A stretch of 64,000 nt of DNA, taken from the NCBI GenBank assembly GCA_001643675.2, contig LSRY02000036.1:496001-560000 (forward strand), written 5' to 3'. This document shows positions 37,621 to 52,134 of the stretch, one piece after another. A model generated the notes under the pieces. The model searched no databases, was not told where the DNA came from, and saw only the letters and a program-made list of their open reading frames with translations. The translations under genes were made by a program, and so were the position numbers. This DNA is from Monocercomonoides exilis PA203 (lineage: Eukaryota; Protista; Preaxostyla). Position 1 is the first letter of the stretch. Each line of letters opens with the position of its first letter.

Positions 37621-37927
37621 AAAAAGAAAACTTTTTCTTTATCATTCTTTTTGCTCCTTTATCAGTTCACCTAACTCACTCACTTCTTAATAATTAGGAA
37701 TATTGCAAATTTTATGAAATTCAAGTAAATCTTTTTTATGAACAAAATAAACAAGCATTTATGAAACCCATCATATATTATTTCAAACAAAATATTAAAA
37801 AACTCTTGATAAAAAGGCATCTGCAATTCAAATTAAAGAGTTAGAATTGGTATTAATATTTTAATGCTTTATACACATTGTCACAAGCGTATTTAACAAT
37901 ATTTTTTGTTAATAAGTTGAAGAAAGC

Positions 37928-40900
37928 ATGGAAGAAGTAATTCCGCATGTACTACGACTTGCATCATCATATTCAATTCAATCACTCCTTCCAAAGCAAG
38001 ATCAAGATTTTTTAAAACAGTTTCAGAGTGATTCGCAATCAATTCCAATTTGCTTCGAAATCCTTTCAAATTCAAAAGTTTGTGAAAAATATATTCTTTC
38101 ATTCATATTATTTGTTTTGTGTTAGTATGCTATTGAAGAAGCTCCAAGATTTGTAATTTGCAAAATGCTTTCAAATTTAATTGAACAGAATTGGTTTGAA
38201 TTGTCAATTCAAGATATTTTTTTAACTTTTTCCATTTTTCAAAGGAATACATTTAATTCAGATGCCAAAACAACAATATTTACTCGGTTAATGCAACTGC
38301 TTTTCATCATTCCTTCATTTGGATTGAAAGGATTTGCGGAATTATTGAATTGTCTCATCGACATTTTGATTTTTGTTCTAATTGAACTGAACAACCCAAC
38401 TCTTCATTCCTTATTAGTATATTTTGCGGAATTTTTGTTATTATGCCATGCAAATTCATTAGGTTGTGATCTTCCTGATTTTTCATCGACTCTTTTGGCA
38501 AATACAACGATGTCAACGTTTTCTCTTCAGTTATTATCATCAAATGATGCAATTAAACGATCGTTCGAACAATTTGCCAAGCATAGATTCCAACAAGACG
38601 ATCTATTTTTCCGGCAGGAAATAAGTGGAATCTTTTCAGAGCTTCAATCAGTTGGGAAAAAAAGCATTCAGAAAATGATGTTTGATCCAACTTCTCCAAT
38701 GCCATTCTGTTCACCTGAGCATCGAATGACATCTCTTGTCTTTTTTATGAATTTCCTTGTTTCACCTTTGGATGGGCTGAAAGATGTTATGCATGTTCAA
38801 GTTGTCGTCATGCTGATGAACAGAATGATGTCCTCCCTACAAACAAAAGAAACAACACGGAAAAACTACACAGCAAAAGACAAGCAACCGAAAGACTTGA
38901 AGCGCGCCAACTCAGCAATCAGCTTATCCGAGTCAAAAGAGTACAACAATGAAGAAGATGGGAGAGTTGATCTCAGCGAAGATGTAGATGATCAAAAAAT
39001 TGAGGTTGACAAAGAAGAAGGAACAATAACAGAAATAGATAATAAATCTTATCAACTAAGTACAAGCTCTCCTTTTCAAAATGCTGAATTTACAAGTGGC
39101 ATGAAAATGGAGACTAATGACTCTGTTGACGCTGCTCCTGGATTAGAAATTTCAGCCATCTCAACGCCTTCATCGTTTCCATCAAGCCGAACATCAAAGA
39201 AGATACAAAGTCAATCAGACAAAGTGATTGAGATACTTCACTTTGTAGAACAGGGAAAATCCCACATCGACGATCTTGCGCCTAGCTGTTATCTTTCTCT
39301 TCTGATCGCACGCTGTCTTATCAACTACAACCTTACCAACAACAAAGAACAGCTGGAGCAGCTGTCTGCGAAAGAGCGAGCTTATCTTCCTTCGGTGCTG
39401 ATTCTCCAGCAGTCTCTATCATTTACGTCTATGTGGATGATGTGTCTGCTCAACGTGGAGCCTTTGTTTGCGCTTCCATTCAGCCAGCTTCTCTTCAGCA
39501 TGCTTTCTCCATCGGCTATCCCTCCGCCACCAACTTTAGATAAGATCAACTCCATTAATCAGCCTACGCTCTATTCTGATATATATCACCGCAGCCTTCG
39601 TGGAATATGCAAAGCACTGAAAGCTTTTGTCTCACATCAAATTTGTACAAAAGGTGATCCAAGATTGTTTGTTCCACAACCGGCAAGTGCTTCTTCTTCT
39701 TCTTCTTCTTCAAGTTCACAGCCTTCTTTTTCATCTCCTCCTTCTTCTGCTTTTGCTTTGTCTCGGGTCGAAGCCAGAACGAAGTTTCTTTCACTGTTCA
39801 ATGACTTGCTGCCAGTCATAAGGGATGCATTTGCATTCTGCTGGGAAGAGCACAGGCAGTGGAAGGTGTGGAGTGCAAGCAACTCGTTTTTCGATAACTC
39901 GGATGCTCAGCAATCCCGCAATTCACTCGATTCATGCATATTTCCCACAGCTGGAGATGTAAAGGATTCACTGAACATTCTGACAGACTTGGTTAAGACT
40001 GTATTTGAGAAGCACAGCAATATCTTTCCTTTTTCAATGCCGATTGTGTGTGAAGGAGAGAAACATGAGATTCTGTTCAGCCAGAGATTTAAGGCTTGGG
40101 AAGCAGAAAAGGAAAAGAGGAACAACAAATACAACAAAGCAATGAAAAAGTGGAACAAGACGAAGTCTGAGCTCGAAAGCCAGATTGCACATCGAAATGT
40201 CATGCCGCTGCAGAATGTTGACAATATGAAGTTTGATTTTAGAGGCTGTTTTAATCAAAAAGAGATCCTTGTGATGCTTCTTCAATTGCTTGCACAGAAT
40301 TTCGCAGAGCATTACTCCTCTCCAAACGCAATGTTTTCAAGACATTATTCTCAAAACCTATCTCGGATGGGATCGTCAGACTTTACAATCTTTCGCATGA
40401 ACGCTAAGTCTGACGAGGATGTTGATGCACTCTGGAGAAAGACACTTTCAAATCTGTTCAAGAAGGATGAAGAAGCGAAACAGTTTTCAAAGCAGCTTGA
40501 AGAGAGAGGCGAAAGGGACAAGTATGATACGATGCTATCCGTTCTTTGTGAAGCTGTGAAAGCATCAAACACGCTGTCACCGAATGTGAAGCAAGTGTTT
40601 TTCCAGAAGTGCAAATACGCTCAAAATACAGCGTCAAAGCAATATTTTCCAGCGTCACAGCTTCAAATGCCTCAGATGCGCAGAACAAGGATGTCGATGG
40701 ATTCAATTGACGATTTGGATTCAATGGATGAACAAGATGCAGGTATTTCTTCTTCTTTCCTGACAAAGACTCCAAAGTTCTTTCTGGATGGCTTCGAAGA
40801 GTATGTTCCGCTGACTGAAGAGCAAAAGAATGAAGTGCTTCGTTTGCTTCCTCCAAAGCCTACAAAGCCAAATATTTTGCCTCTGCCAACTTTCGAGCCG

Positions 40901-43900
40901 ATTTCGTTTCAGAGTTATGATCTTCGCTCTGTTTATTGCTCGTCCACTTTTTCGTCTTCTTCCTCTTCGATGACTGCGTCATCTGTGCAAAGTATTTTGT
41001 CTATCAAAGAATATTTAGCGCCATCTTTGGCCCTTTCTCCTCTCATTTCGTCGTGGCTGTCATTTTTGGCCAAGATCATCTCTGCTCCTCTGCTTCCGCT
41101 GGAGAGCTTCAAAAATATAAAGAGCTGCATTGAATCACTTGACTTCAACATCACTTATGACGACGGGTGCAGTGAATGGGTGGAGTCTCTTTCAAAGCGA
41201 AGCAGCTTCGTCGAGAGCATTTTAGCGAAACAAGATCAATCCCTAATAAATGAATCAGACATTGGACAAACTTCTTTCTCTTCAATAAAGGACGATGATG
41301 ACATGAATTCGTTGTCTGAAGAAGATTCCGAGGACAAAGACATTGGAATGTCTGATGATCAAAGCCAGGACAGTTCTTCGGAAAGCGACAATTCGAACAC
41401 ACGATCCGGATGGAAATCTTCTTCTTTGAATAGAGGAAATGAATCGCTGAGAAAGATTCTTGCGAAAAAGAACTCGTATTTCAGTCCTTCCTTCCCATTT
41501 CTCCCTTCTATCAAGAAAACTTCCACATCTGAAATGCTACAGAGAGTAGATGCTTTGAGAAAGCACAAATCAATTCAAAGAAACTTGCCATCTGTTATTC
41601 TTAATCTGCTTTGGAAGCACTCGCTCATTCCGTTTTTCGTATCTCTGCTTCCTTTTGCTTTTAATCAGATCACTCTGCTGCTCCACCAGCTGAGAGGCGA
41701 AGGATCAACAAACACTGAGCAGCAGCTCCGGCGTGTGATGTCTGTATGGCTTTCTTCTGAAGCATTGCTTGTTCCAATCCGCAGCACATCGCCAACGTTT
41801 TCTTCACATTTCAACAACCTATCATCTATTTCATTTCAGAAGGATCCATTTCCTTCGTTTCCAAACGAAGCACTTGTCTCTGAGTCAAATCCATTTCGCG
41901 CATCACAGCCTTCTGTGAAGCTGCTTGACACAGCATTACTTTCCTCTCTGTTGAGCCTTATATCCACACCTCATCTATTGCTAGGAATTGATGTTATTGC
42001 CATTTTCAGGAATCTTCTGCTGTCAAGTGGAAAGAATTTGGTTGCTGCTCTTCAGCAGTGCAAAGAAAGCACTTCAAGAGAACTTTCACAGAAGCTACTG
42101 GCAATAGCACAACAACTTACAAGAATGAACTTGGAAGCTGGAGCTCCAATTAACCGTTCGGCCATTCCAGCACCAACAATACTAGCAAGCGCTGCTTCAA
42201 CTCCGCAGCAAGTGCCCGATGGAAGAACGCAATTTGCGCCTGTTCTTCTTCAGACTGCAACGCAGGAAGGTGTCTCTGTCTCCTCTTTTGTGCTGACGAA
42301 ATCTCAAAGGAAAGCACTTCAGTGCATGTACTACTCTCTGATGGGCCTTGCTCTCTGTTCGCTGCCACAATGGGATGACATATGTGCAATATTTATGTGT
42401 GTCCATAGAATATGCATAAATGTTGGGGATCCAGACACATTCTCAAAATTTAACATTCCGTTTGTCGATCCAGATGAGATTTTCGATGAAGAGGCGAACA
42501 GTGACAAAGGAAAGAACGAAAAAGAGAAAGAAAGAGATGATGAGTTCAATGAAAATGATGATCAAAGCACACAAGACAGAACGAAGCGGACTTCATCAAA
42601 TAACATGCTTATGGAAGATGATTCTTCTGGCATTACGGAAGAATCTAAAGCCACTCAATACATGAAAGAATCAATGGATCCTTTCAGTTCGCTTATAAGA
42701 GAACAATCAAATGACACAGAGACAAATAAACAAAAAGAAAACTTGAAAAAAAGCACCACCATTAAAGAGAAGTCTAAACTGCTTGTGGAGACAATTACAA
42801 ATTCGGTGCAATTACTTTCTCGTTGTATAAATGTCTGCACAATAGCGTTACCAGAATGGCTGAAGGATGCTGATAAATCTACACAAGATTCTGCACAGCA
42901 CCAATCAGCATCTGCTTCTTCTGCTTCTTCTTTCCAGTCTTCCTTACAAATCGATGGCCCGACTCTGCTTCCACACTTCTTTATCAATGTTTCATTGACC
43001 TTAATTGGATCAGTTGGCAAATGGTTGACACATCCAACTTGCTTTTCGCTTCTTTCGGACATTTTTCCTTTTGTTGTAGCTGCACTTGGCTTTTCTTCTC
43101 CTTCTGCGAAGTTTCATGCTCTTCTCATTAGATTCTTGTCTTGGCTCAAATCAAAGCAAATGACGTCGAATCTTCTATCGTCTTCACAGATTTCGGAGCA
43201 AATGGTTGAATGGTTGTTCATGTCATCTAAAGCCAGTCGCACCTGCAATAATTTAAATGTGCAGTTAAATGATGCAAAGCGACAAGAGTTCAGCAGAGCA
43301 AGCTTCAGAAATGCACTTCGAATGAATGTTGGGAGCTCTCCGCATACTTTTTCGTTCTATCATGATGTTGAGGAGATGAATGGGAAGACCGTAGGTTCAG
43401 ATTTCGTGTATCATTCCGATAAAGAAGCCGAAGCAGTAGAATCTCAAATGTCGGAGAAAACTGATATATTTTCTGATATTTCAGGTTCCAAAACAGATAA
43501 AGATAGGCAATTTATTCAAACTGAGCTTGGAGAAAGCAAAAGCGAAGGTGGAAGCAACGCGGCAGCCACAAGTGGCAAGGGAGAAGATGGTGATGAAGTT
43601 GAATTAAAAGAACTACAATCTGATGAGATTGCGCTTCAATGCGATCCGCGTTTAAGAATCCTTCTTTCAGATGAGAATGAATATTTTGACTGTTTTACGG
43701 AAAGTCGTTCCTTTTCTGGGAGCGAAAGTGAGAGATTCCAAAATTTCTTGAATGATTTCACAGAGTCAATTCTGGATGACAATGATGACTTTTCGAATGA
43801 AGAAGAAAGGTTGAAAGAGGAAAACGGAAATACTGATGGAAATCTTGGCAATATGGAAGCCCAATCGAATACAGAAGAATTTGACACTCATTTGCATAGC

Positions 43901-46900
43901 TTCGAGAAGAAAAAAGTTCTAACATCCTCACGAAATCAGATGCTAAATCCAATTTGGATTGACCTTTTGCCTGTCAAAGCTATCTTTCCATCAACACATT
44001 TGTTCAATGCTAATCTGCAAAACTTAAGTTCATCGTCGAATAGCCTACAGATGTTACTGTGCTCCTCTCCGACATCTTTGGAGATATATAAAATCCCGCA
44101 TTATTCGCGTATGATTCTTTTCAGGCACAAACTTGATGCGGTGCTCTTGCCTTATTCTGGCCTTTTTCCAAATGCGCTCAACAGAAAGCATTTATTAGCT
44201 TATGCTCAACGAGCAATAAACGAGATTATTCAGCACATAACAATTCATACATATTTGAACGAGGAAGATCATGTACAATCTCAGAATTTAAATTCAATGA
44301 ATCAAATTTCTTCAACTCTAATGTCAGAAAAACTTATTTCGCCTTCTGTCTCTTCGGAAATTCTTCATGTTTTGGGATCTTTTCTGATTTCTTTGGTTGC
44401 CATTTTCCCCACTTTGGATTTGCCTACGCAGCAAAATACTTTACCTTCCATTTGTACCGTCCTTCTAAATATTTACAAGTTAATAACGGAAAAAGGCAAA
44501 AAAGATCAAATTTATCAGAAAAAATTAAAGCAACGAGAAGAATTAAGAGGTAAACAAGACGCATCTTCTTCTTCTTCTTCGCGCTTGTTGGCGATTGCAA
44601 GCGAAGAACAGATAAAGCAGAGAGGGTATCATAATTCATACAGAGCAAATTACACTGAGAACGACAGTTGCTCAGCAGGAAGCAACTTAGCTTCTACTAT
44701 CCATTTTGACTCCTCAGAATATATGCCATTTTTCACATTTGCTTCTTTCTATCATTCTTTCATATCAGCATTGCCTTCGGGAAGCGAGCAATTATCAAGT
44801 TTTCTCCAGTCTGTTCAGCAGTATCTGCAGGAATGCCAAGAAAAACAGCTTGTTTCTGCATCATCTTTGGATTTTGCAGCTCGCTCTACATTTTATCCGT
44901 TTTTCCCACCACCGACTTCAATCTATTGGGTTGTTCTTTCGTTGGTTGATGCAATAATATGTCAGATGCCTCAGTGCAGGCAGAATACAGACATTTGTTC
45001 TGTTCCTCATTTCCTGGAGCAGGCAAAGATGGCTTCGTTTGCCTTCCAGCTGCTTTTCACTCTGTTTGAAGCGATTTGCCAAACGGGCTCAACTCTAAAT
45101 AGCACAATTAACATTCTTATTCAATGGCAGGTTAATGAATCAAATAAGAAAAAAGCTGTGTGCCCTGAACTTGCGCCAAATCCCTCGCTGTTGAACGAAG
45201 AGGAAAAAAGAGCTTTGAATAATCGGATAGAGCTTAAAGCAGAAGTATTTCACCAACTTGTATTTGTGTTTGTTCACAGGGCAGTCCAGCTCTTTCAGAT
45301 TATTTCCAATTTTGCTTCTCTGATGAAGGGATCTAAGAATATTCACTGCACGTTTTTAGAGCCTGTCATCCGATCATTTGCAAGGGCTTTGCTTTGTCTC
45401 TTTAAGAAAGCTAATCTGAGCACAATTATTCTGTTTCATCCAATTGTTGAGTCAACATTTCATTTCAATTTTACACAGCTCCTTCAAAACGCTATCTTCC
45501 CTCCTTCGTCCAACGATTTCCTTTCTTCATTGCAATCAAACAAGAACAACTTGCAAAATCAGTCAAATCAAATTGCTTCTTCAGGAGCAAGCACCATTTT
45601 CCCATCACAACCACAAATGACAACTTCAAATCAAAGCATCGCCAGCAATTCAATAAATTCGCTTTCAGTGGATGATACTAGCCACTCTTCTGATACTCTT
45701 TCATCTAGACACTTTGAAAACAATGAAGCATTCTATCCTGCATCTTCAATAATCGGCATTGCTAAATATTTAGTTGGAATTGCTCAGTTACCTGTTGATG
45801 CCGTTACACTTCCTAATCCTGCTAAAAAGGAAAATATACAAATGTGGATCGAAGAAAGAAAGAAATATGTAAATGCAAAGCATATTTCAGCGACTCATCC
45901 GCAGCTGCAAAGCACTGCAACTGTGCAATCTTCTTTGTTCTCTGGAAAGATGGATGAGTCAGCATTGCCCATCTTTGTGTACTCACAGCATTTGTGGATG
46001 AAAAATCCTTCAGACCTTGAGGCGCATTATTCGCTTCAAATGTGCCCACCAGAATCGTCTCTCAATTTCATTTTTGATAATCTTGTTTTGTCTCAAAAAA
46101 CGCTCTCTTCTGTTGTCTCCAGAGTTCAGTTTGTAACTCACCTCCGATTTATTCTGCTTCACAAGCTGTTTCTGTGCTATGCCGCTTCACTGAAAAGTTG
46201 CATTTGCCAATTAGCAGCTGAGTCACCTTTTGCAAGCGATGTCCTTTCGTCCACAGCCTGTTTATTCTATTCACTTTGCGAGGCACTAACGATCAATCTC
46301 AAACGGCTGAAGAAGCAGAAATTTGCTGCTGTTTATTATTCCTCAGCGAAAACTGCATCTTTTCTGTTGTCTCGAATACTTCCAATTGAACCTCTGATTG
46401 CATTGGCCAATCCTTCTTTGTTTGTTTTCGCTTCTTCTGTTCTATTTGTTCAGAATACACAAGTTATCGATGATTGTCTGCACGCTGTGAAATCCTTTGC
46501 TGAGCTGTGCTGTGAGGCAAACTGTCCATCTGCCGCAGTCTCTAATGGAATTGCACCGTTTGGAGGAGAAGATATTCTGCTTTATCCTTCGTGTGTCATG
46601 AGCGAAAGCGAATTGAATAGCGATGAAGAGATGTTTCTTCTATGCTCCAGCGACAAGTTGAAAAAAGGAAATATTGAGGAAAAAGAAGCAAAATTGTTAT
46701 CGCATATAAATGAGTTTTCACAACAAATTGGCGGATTCGAAGGGATGAACAGCGAGCTTGGTGCAACTTCAAACGCTTCAAGAACAAATGGAATGATGCA
46801 ACCAATTGGAAGCGCGGTGAAAAAGGAAGTTCCGTCCACTCTGTTTCCAGATTTAACTATTGATGCAGAAAATGGCACTTCACAAAAGATTGAGCATCCT

Positions 46901-47782
46901 GGTTACAATATCAACATTGCTCGATCTTCTCTTCAAGCTTCCAAATCATATTTCGATCAAGCACTGCGGCAAATCACAACAGACAGCTCCATATCGCGAC
47001 TTTTGAATCCTCTGTCCTATCTTTGGATGGAGTGGGCGCCTGCAATCATTTCACTGCTCATCTATTTCATTCACGCTCCAATTCAAACTTCAAAACTGTC
47101 TTTCTCTGCTGTTGGAAAAACTGCAGCGCAATTTCTTTGGGTTAGTCATAGCGAGATGAATTCGTCAGCTGAGGGCATTCAATTTGAATCAAGCGAAACA
47201 TCTTGTAACTTAACTGATTCTGAAATATTTGCATCGCTCAGATGCCCTCAAATGGAAGAGCCAAGCGAAATGCCAATCAGCTCACTCTTCCGCAAATTTT
47301 CGATCGATCAACAAGAAAATCTCACATCACAACCAAATCGAATTCGCCAATTGTTTGGCAGCGATGCACAGAGCAATTCAGAAGTTGCAACTTGGAGGCA
47401 AGCTGCTTCAGCCTCACTGAAGTTTCTCCCTGAATGTGGAGGAGCAAGCATTGGGAACATTAACCTCCTTCTCAAGATGCTCACAACATTGTGCGAGTTT
47501 CTACCAAATACTCATATGAAGATGGTTCTTTTCATTTCTGAGTATTTCAATAAATCATTGAGCGAGCTTCCTGGCATCACTTCACCAGCCAGAGATCAAA
47601 ATGCAATGAGTCCAGTACAAGAAGATTCTCTCAAAAGCATTCCGTCTTGCTTTGTAAATGCAAAGAGCCTTCTGAGCACAATAACAGAGATTCGGGGAAG
47701 AGGAGCAAGCGGAGAAATTAACCAATACATACAAAAACTGTTTCCCAGAAAAGGAGTTTCAGAAAAGCAAAACACTTCATAA
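37928..47782 (+). CDS. ~3,270-aa HEAT/helical-repeat protein with an importin-beta-N-like amino terminus (divergent karyopherin-beta); intron 38078..38125
   Basis: The spliced N-terminus FLKQFQSDSQSIPICFEILSNSK|YAIEEAPRFVICKMLSNLIEQNWFEL fits the IBN_N pattern. The rest alternates Leu/Phe-rich helical blocks with Ser/acidic inserts. Confidence 0.6.
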
Positions 47783-47961
47783 TTATTTTATTTTGCCTTG
47801 TTTTTGTTTTTAAGTTTGAATTGATATTTGAGCATTCTTCATAAAAATAAAGAATATTTGAGTTTTATTTTCGTTTTGTTTTGTACAAAGATGAGAAGAG
47901 ATGCTTTCGATGAATCATAAAGCAAACAAACTAACAAGAAAATGATTATTTAATGTTATCT

Positions 47962-50238
47962 TCAGCTTATCCTTTCGTGAAATATCTTCAAAGCCTCATA
48001 CACACATTCATCGTCAACCTCCTGAAATATTCACAATAAATATTATTATTAGTTGAACTAACATAATTATTAAGTTTTATCAAACCATTTTCCTCTGTGA
48101 AGCAGCAAGAAGAGAAACAGAGTCTATAAAAGATGAAATGTCCGCGGGAGAACAAGCTTCGGTTTGTGACACAATATCCTGGAATGCTCTTTCGGATATG
48201 GCTGAGCGTAGCATTAGCTTGTTTATGTGATGATGGAGTAATGAGGATCGTTCTTCGAAATCAGGCAATTTTATTTTGATGATTGTGTCCAACCTCCCTT
48301 TGAATAGTTTAAATTGAATGTGAATATTTCATAAATTGAAGACAAAATTTTTGGAAAATAAAAATGGAATAAATGAAAAAAAATAACAGCTTCAAAATTG
48401 TAAAAAAACAAAAGATTCAAACCACTTCTTGTTAGAATTTCAGGAACAGAAAGAAAAGAAGGTGCGGTTGCAACAATTACAAAATTATCGTCAGTGCTCT
48501 TCATATTGTCAAGTTCTGAGCACAGCTGATTTGCTATGTTTCTGAGAAAAGGAGAGTCCTCATCAATAATTTCTCTTTTTCGTCCCTTTCCAAAGCTTTG
48601 TTTTTTCGATGACTTTGAACGACGATTGCCGAACTTGCATTTTTTGTCTCTTTGCCCTTCTTCCTCATCTTCCTCATCTTCCTCATCTTCTTTGCTGTCG
48701 CTTTCGTCGCTTTGGCTGCTGATCTCATCATTGCCATCTTCGCTGCTTTCTTCACTCGAATCGTCATCTTCTTCAATTTCTTCGAATGCTTTGGTTGGAG
48801 CAAGTGTGTTAATATCGTCTAGAAGAACAATGCAAGGGCTTTGTTGTCTGAAAAAATAACAGAATTTTCATAGAAATATTGTGTTCAAGCAAATTGTCAA
48901 ATATGAGCAATCACAATTTCGATAAACATCAATTTAGGGAAAAAACCATAAAAAATTACATTTTGCTTTAAATTAACCTTCTTTTCATTAACATTGTTTT
49001 CATACCTGGCAGTTGCAAATATCTGTCTTATTCCCTTTTCTGTATCGCCAAGTGTTGACTGAATTAGTTCAGCAATTGACACCTTAAAGCAACGAATCCT
49101 TAGCAAAGCAGCAAATTCCTTCGCAAGAGTTGATTTCCCCGAACCCCGCGGCCCAACTATTAATGCTCCAACGGCCGGAGAAATGTTCAGTGATATCAGC
49201 TCGGATCGTAAAGTTGGAGAAATAGAAGGAGCAAGAAGGCGATGAAGCTTTTTTAATGGTTTATTTAAAGTTGGCAAGCTGCAGCAAGAATGGTTAGCGG
49301 CGAAAGAATAATTTTCTTCATTTTCACTACGCTTAGTTGTTTTTTCTTCAAACTTCTTTATCTGCAATGAAGATGCTACAGATTCATCTGATAGAAGATT
49401 TGTTGTAAGATGCTGCCTTTGTAACTCTACACCTTCAAGTGACGAAAGAATAGCAACAGCAGGCTCTGCATCATTATCTTCTTCATGTTTTATTGATAAA
49501 TGAGGAGAACGAAGAATGGAAAAAATGAGAGATGACACATGAGAAATTGTATGGCACATTGTGATATACTCCTCAAGAGCAATTGGGTAATGAAGTGATG
49601 TTTGCGTTGTTTCTTTCCACAATTTTTGAAACATTGAAATCCTGTCGATAAAAGAAATGAATGGAATTTCAAAAATCATCTGAAGAAAATAAATGTTGAA
49701 AAAGATAAAAATAAATATTTCTAACAAACATCAAATTTCTTTGAAAAATCAATTCCATCAAGTGTTATATCTGTTCCTGAACATATCTATGAATGAAAAT
49801 AAAAATTGTGTTGTTGCAAATACGTGACTTACAAACAATGATGATAGATTCATGCTCTGCAAGACAATCTGGAAAAATAGAAATTTGACTGAGCAAGGAA
49901 GGAGGAAAGAGTTCTAAATTTTCAAAGAAAACTAAAAACAGCAAAGATAATTTAAAAAAAATATATAATAAGTGCAAACTCACAGAAGGACTATGACGTT
50001 TTGCTTCTCCATAAATTTGACTAAATAATGATTCATTATCAACCAAAAAAGATGAAAATGCAATTTTCTTTAGGTAAAAAGATGATAATTCACTTTCTTT
50101 TTGGATAAGTTCGAATATGTTTGATCCATGAGGAGCAGAAATAAAAAGTGATTTGCATCTTGGTATTGATAAATCAAAGCAAAGTTTTGGATTTAACCCT
50201 TCGTATATTGCTTTTTTTATATGTTCTTGCACATTCAT
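47962..50238 (-). CDS. Divergent double-AAA+ ATPase of the CDC48/AFG2(SPATA5/5L1)/NVL group, multi-exon
   Basis: D2 has Walker A GPRGSGKS, pore region AELIQSTLGDTEKGIRQIFATAR, Walker B region PCIVLLDDI and SRH ILTRSG|RLD..I..PD. D1 is degenerate (SLFISAPHGSNI). Several GT-AG introns; stop TGA at 47962. Confidence 0.75.
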
Positions 50239-50329
50239 TCAATTTTTTCTATTAACAAATTTTCAGTTATTTAATAATGCCCAATTCTTTCGAATACTTG
50301 TTAGATCATAACCATTTCTTCTTGATACA
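50239..50329. promoter_or_regulatory. Putative bidirectional promoter (91 bp) between the AAA ATPase and bystin
   Basis: Divergent start codons at 50238 (-) and 50330 (+). Confidence 0.5.
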
Positions 50330-52134
50330 ATGAGCGAAAAGTTCCAAAAGAAGTTACAGCGTACATTAGAAGAGTTAGACGAAGATGAAGATGATTTTAG
50401 CGATGAAGAGGATGCTCATGAAGCACGTGGAATAGGAAAACGTTCTCGTAATTCGAGGCCTGTTACAATAGAAATTGAAGACGACGAACAAGGTGAAGAC
50501 GGACCAGATGATAGCTATGACTTGGAAGATGGAGAAGACATTCTTCCGGAAGATGTATATTTTTTCTTTTTAAAATATTTTAAATGTTTATATTGGTAAA
50601 ATCATTGTATTTGATATTTTAGGATGATCCTGAACAAGAGGATGCTATTCGTGCATTCATGAATCCAAATCCACAAAGGCAACACCAAGGTCCAACAATT
50701 GCCGAATTGTTAGCTGATAAGCTTGAAGAATTAAAAAGAATTGAATCAGGAGAAACAAAAAAGCAACCTTCAAATCAACCTTCCAAGCCATCCATACCTC
50801 ATCGAGTTGTAAGGATTTATGATGATGTTGGAAAATTACTGAAAACGTATAAGAGTGGAAAATTACCAAAACCTTTCAAAGTTATTCCTTCTTTGAAGAA
50901 TTGGGAAGAATTTCTTGCTTTAACTCACCCAGATGTTTGAGCATAAATACTATTTTATAGTGATGAAAATGTAACTTTAATTGATTTTTTCAGGAATGGT
51001 CGCCTCAGGCTGTCTGTGTTGCCACTAAGTTGTTTTCCTCCAATCTCAATTCAAAAATGTCACAGCGTTTTTACAATCTTGTTCTCTTGCCTCGCGTTAG
51101 AGAAGATATTCACGAGCATAAAAAACTGAACTATCATCTCTATCAAGCAATGATGCGCTCTCTATTTAGACCAGATGCATTCTTCAAAGGAATGCTACTT
51201 CCTCTGTGTTATGTTTGTTTTTTTATTGATTGATATTTCATTGTTGGCGAAATGGTTATTGATTCAATTTATGTTTCTTAACAAACCTTTTTTTTTAGAG
51301 TGGAGATTGTTCTCTTGTGGAGGCTGTAATTATTGGGTCAATCATCAAGAAGAGATCAATTCCAGTTCTTTATTCATGTGCTGCAATTGAAAAAATAGCT
51401 GGTATGTTTTTATGCTTATTCATAAATGTGTTTTAATGCTATTGGTCTTTATTTTCTTGCATCATGCGATGTTTTTGTTTTAATTTATTTTCAATTTTTC
51501 ATTAAATCTTTCGTTTTGTATTCAGAAATGGATTATTCCGGAACAAATTCGTATTTCCTTCGCATTTTGCTTGATAAGAAGTACAATTTAGCCCAGAGAA
51601 CCATCCAATCTGTGTACAATCACTTCATCCGATTCAAAAACGAGAAGAGACTTCTTCCTGTCATTTGGCATCAATCATTGTTAGTTTTTGCTCAAAGGTA
51701 TAAACCATTTGTTTATTTATCATCGTTCATTTTTTTTTTTTTTCATCTTAATTTATGTTTTGTTATATTTTTTTCATTTTTGAACTGGAATATATAAATC
51801 ACAAATACAGATATAAAAATGAATTATCTGAAGAGCAGATAAACTCACTTATTGAGCTTGTGACTGATTATCAGTTTCATTATCAAATGGGACCTGAAAT
51901 AAAACGAGAATTGATGCAGTCTGACATCATGAAAAAGAAGCAGGTTTGTCTCGTTGGGCTTTTTTCACTTATTCACTAAATGAATTTGTTTTAATGGTAA
52001 TTGTCTTTTATTTTAACTTCAATAAATATTTTTAAAAAATCCAGTTTGAAAAAGGAGCGGTTCCTTCTTTTGGATCGACAGGCGAGAGCACTCTGCTCGA
52101 TGACAGTGCGCCTTGGATCCACACTCTTGTTTGA
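50330..52134 (+). CDS. BYSL: Bystin / Enp1 (40S ribosome biogenesis factor), multi-exon
   Basis: [64 protein letters not shown] and [16 protein letters not shown] motifs; exons joined by GT-AG introns; last exon 52045-52134. Confidence 0.95.

Noticed and set aside
47962-50238. Peroxin PEX1/PEX6 assignment
   Set aside because: A degenerate D1 fits, but the large N-domains are missing and the motifs are too divergent to assign without a phylogeny
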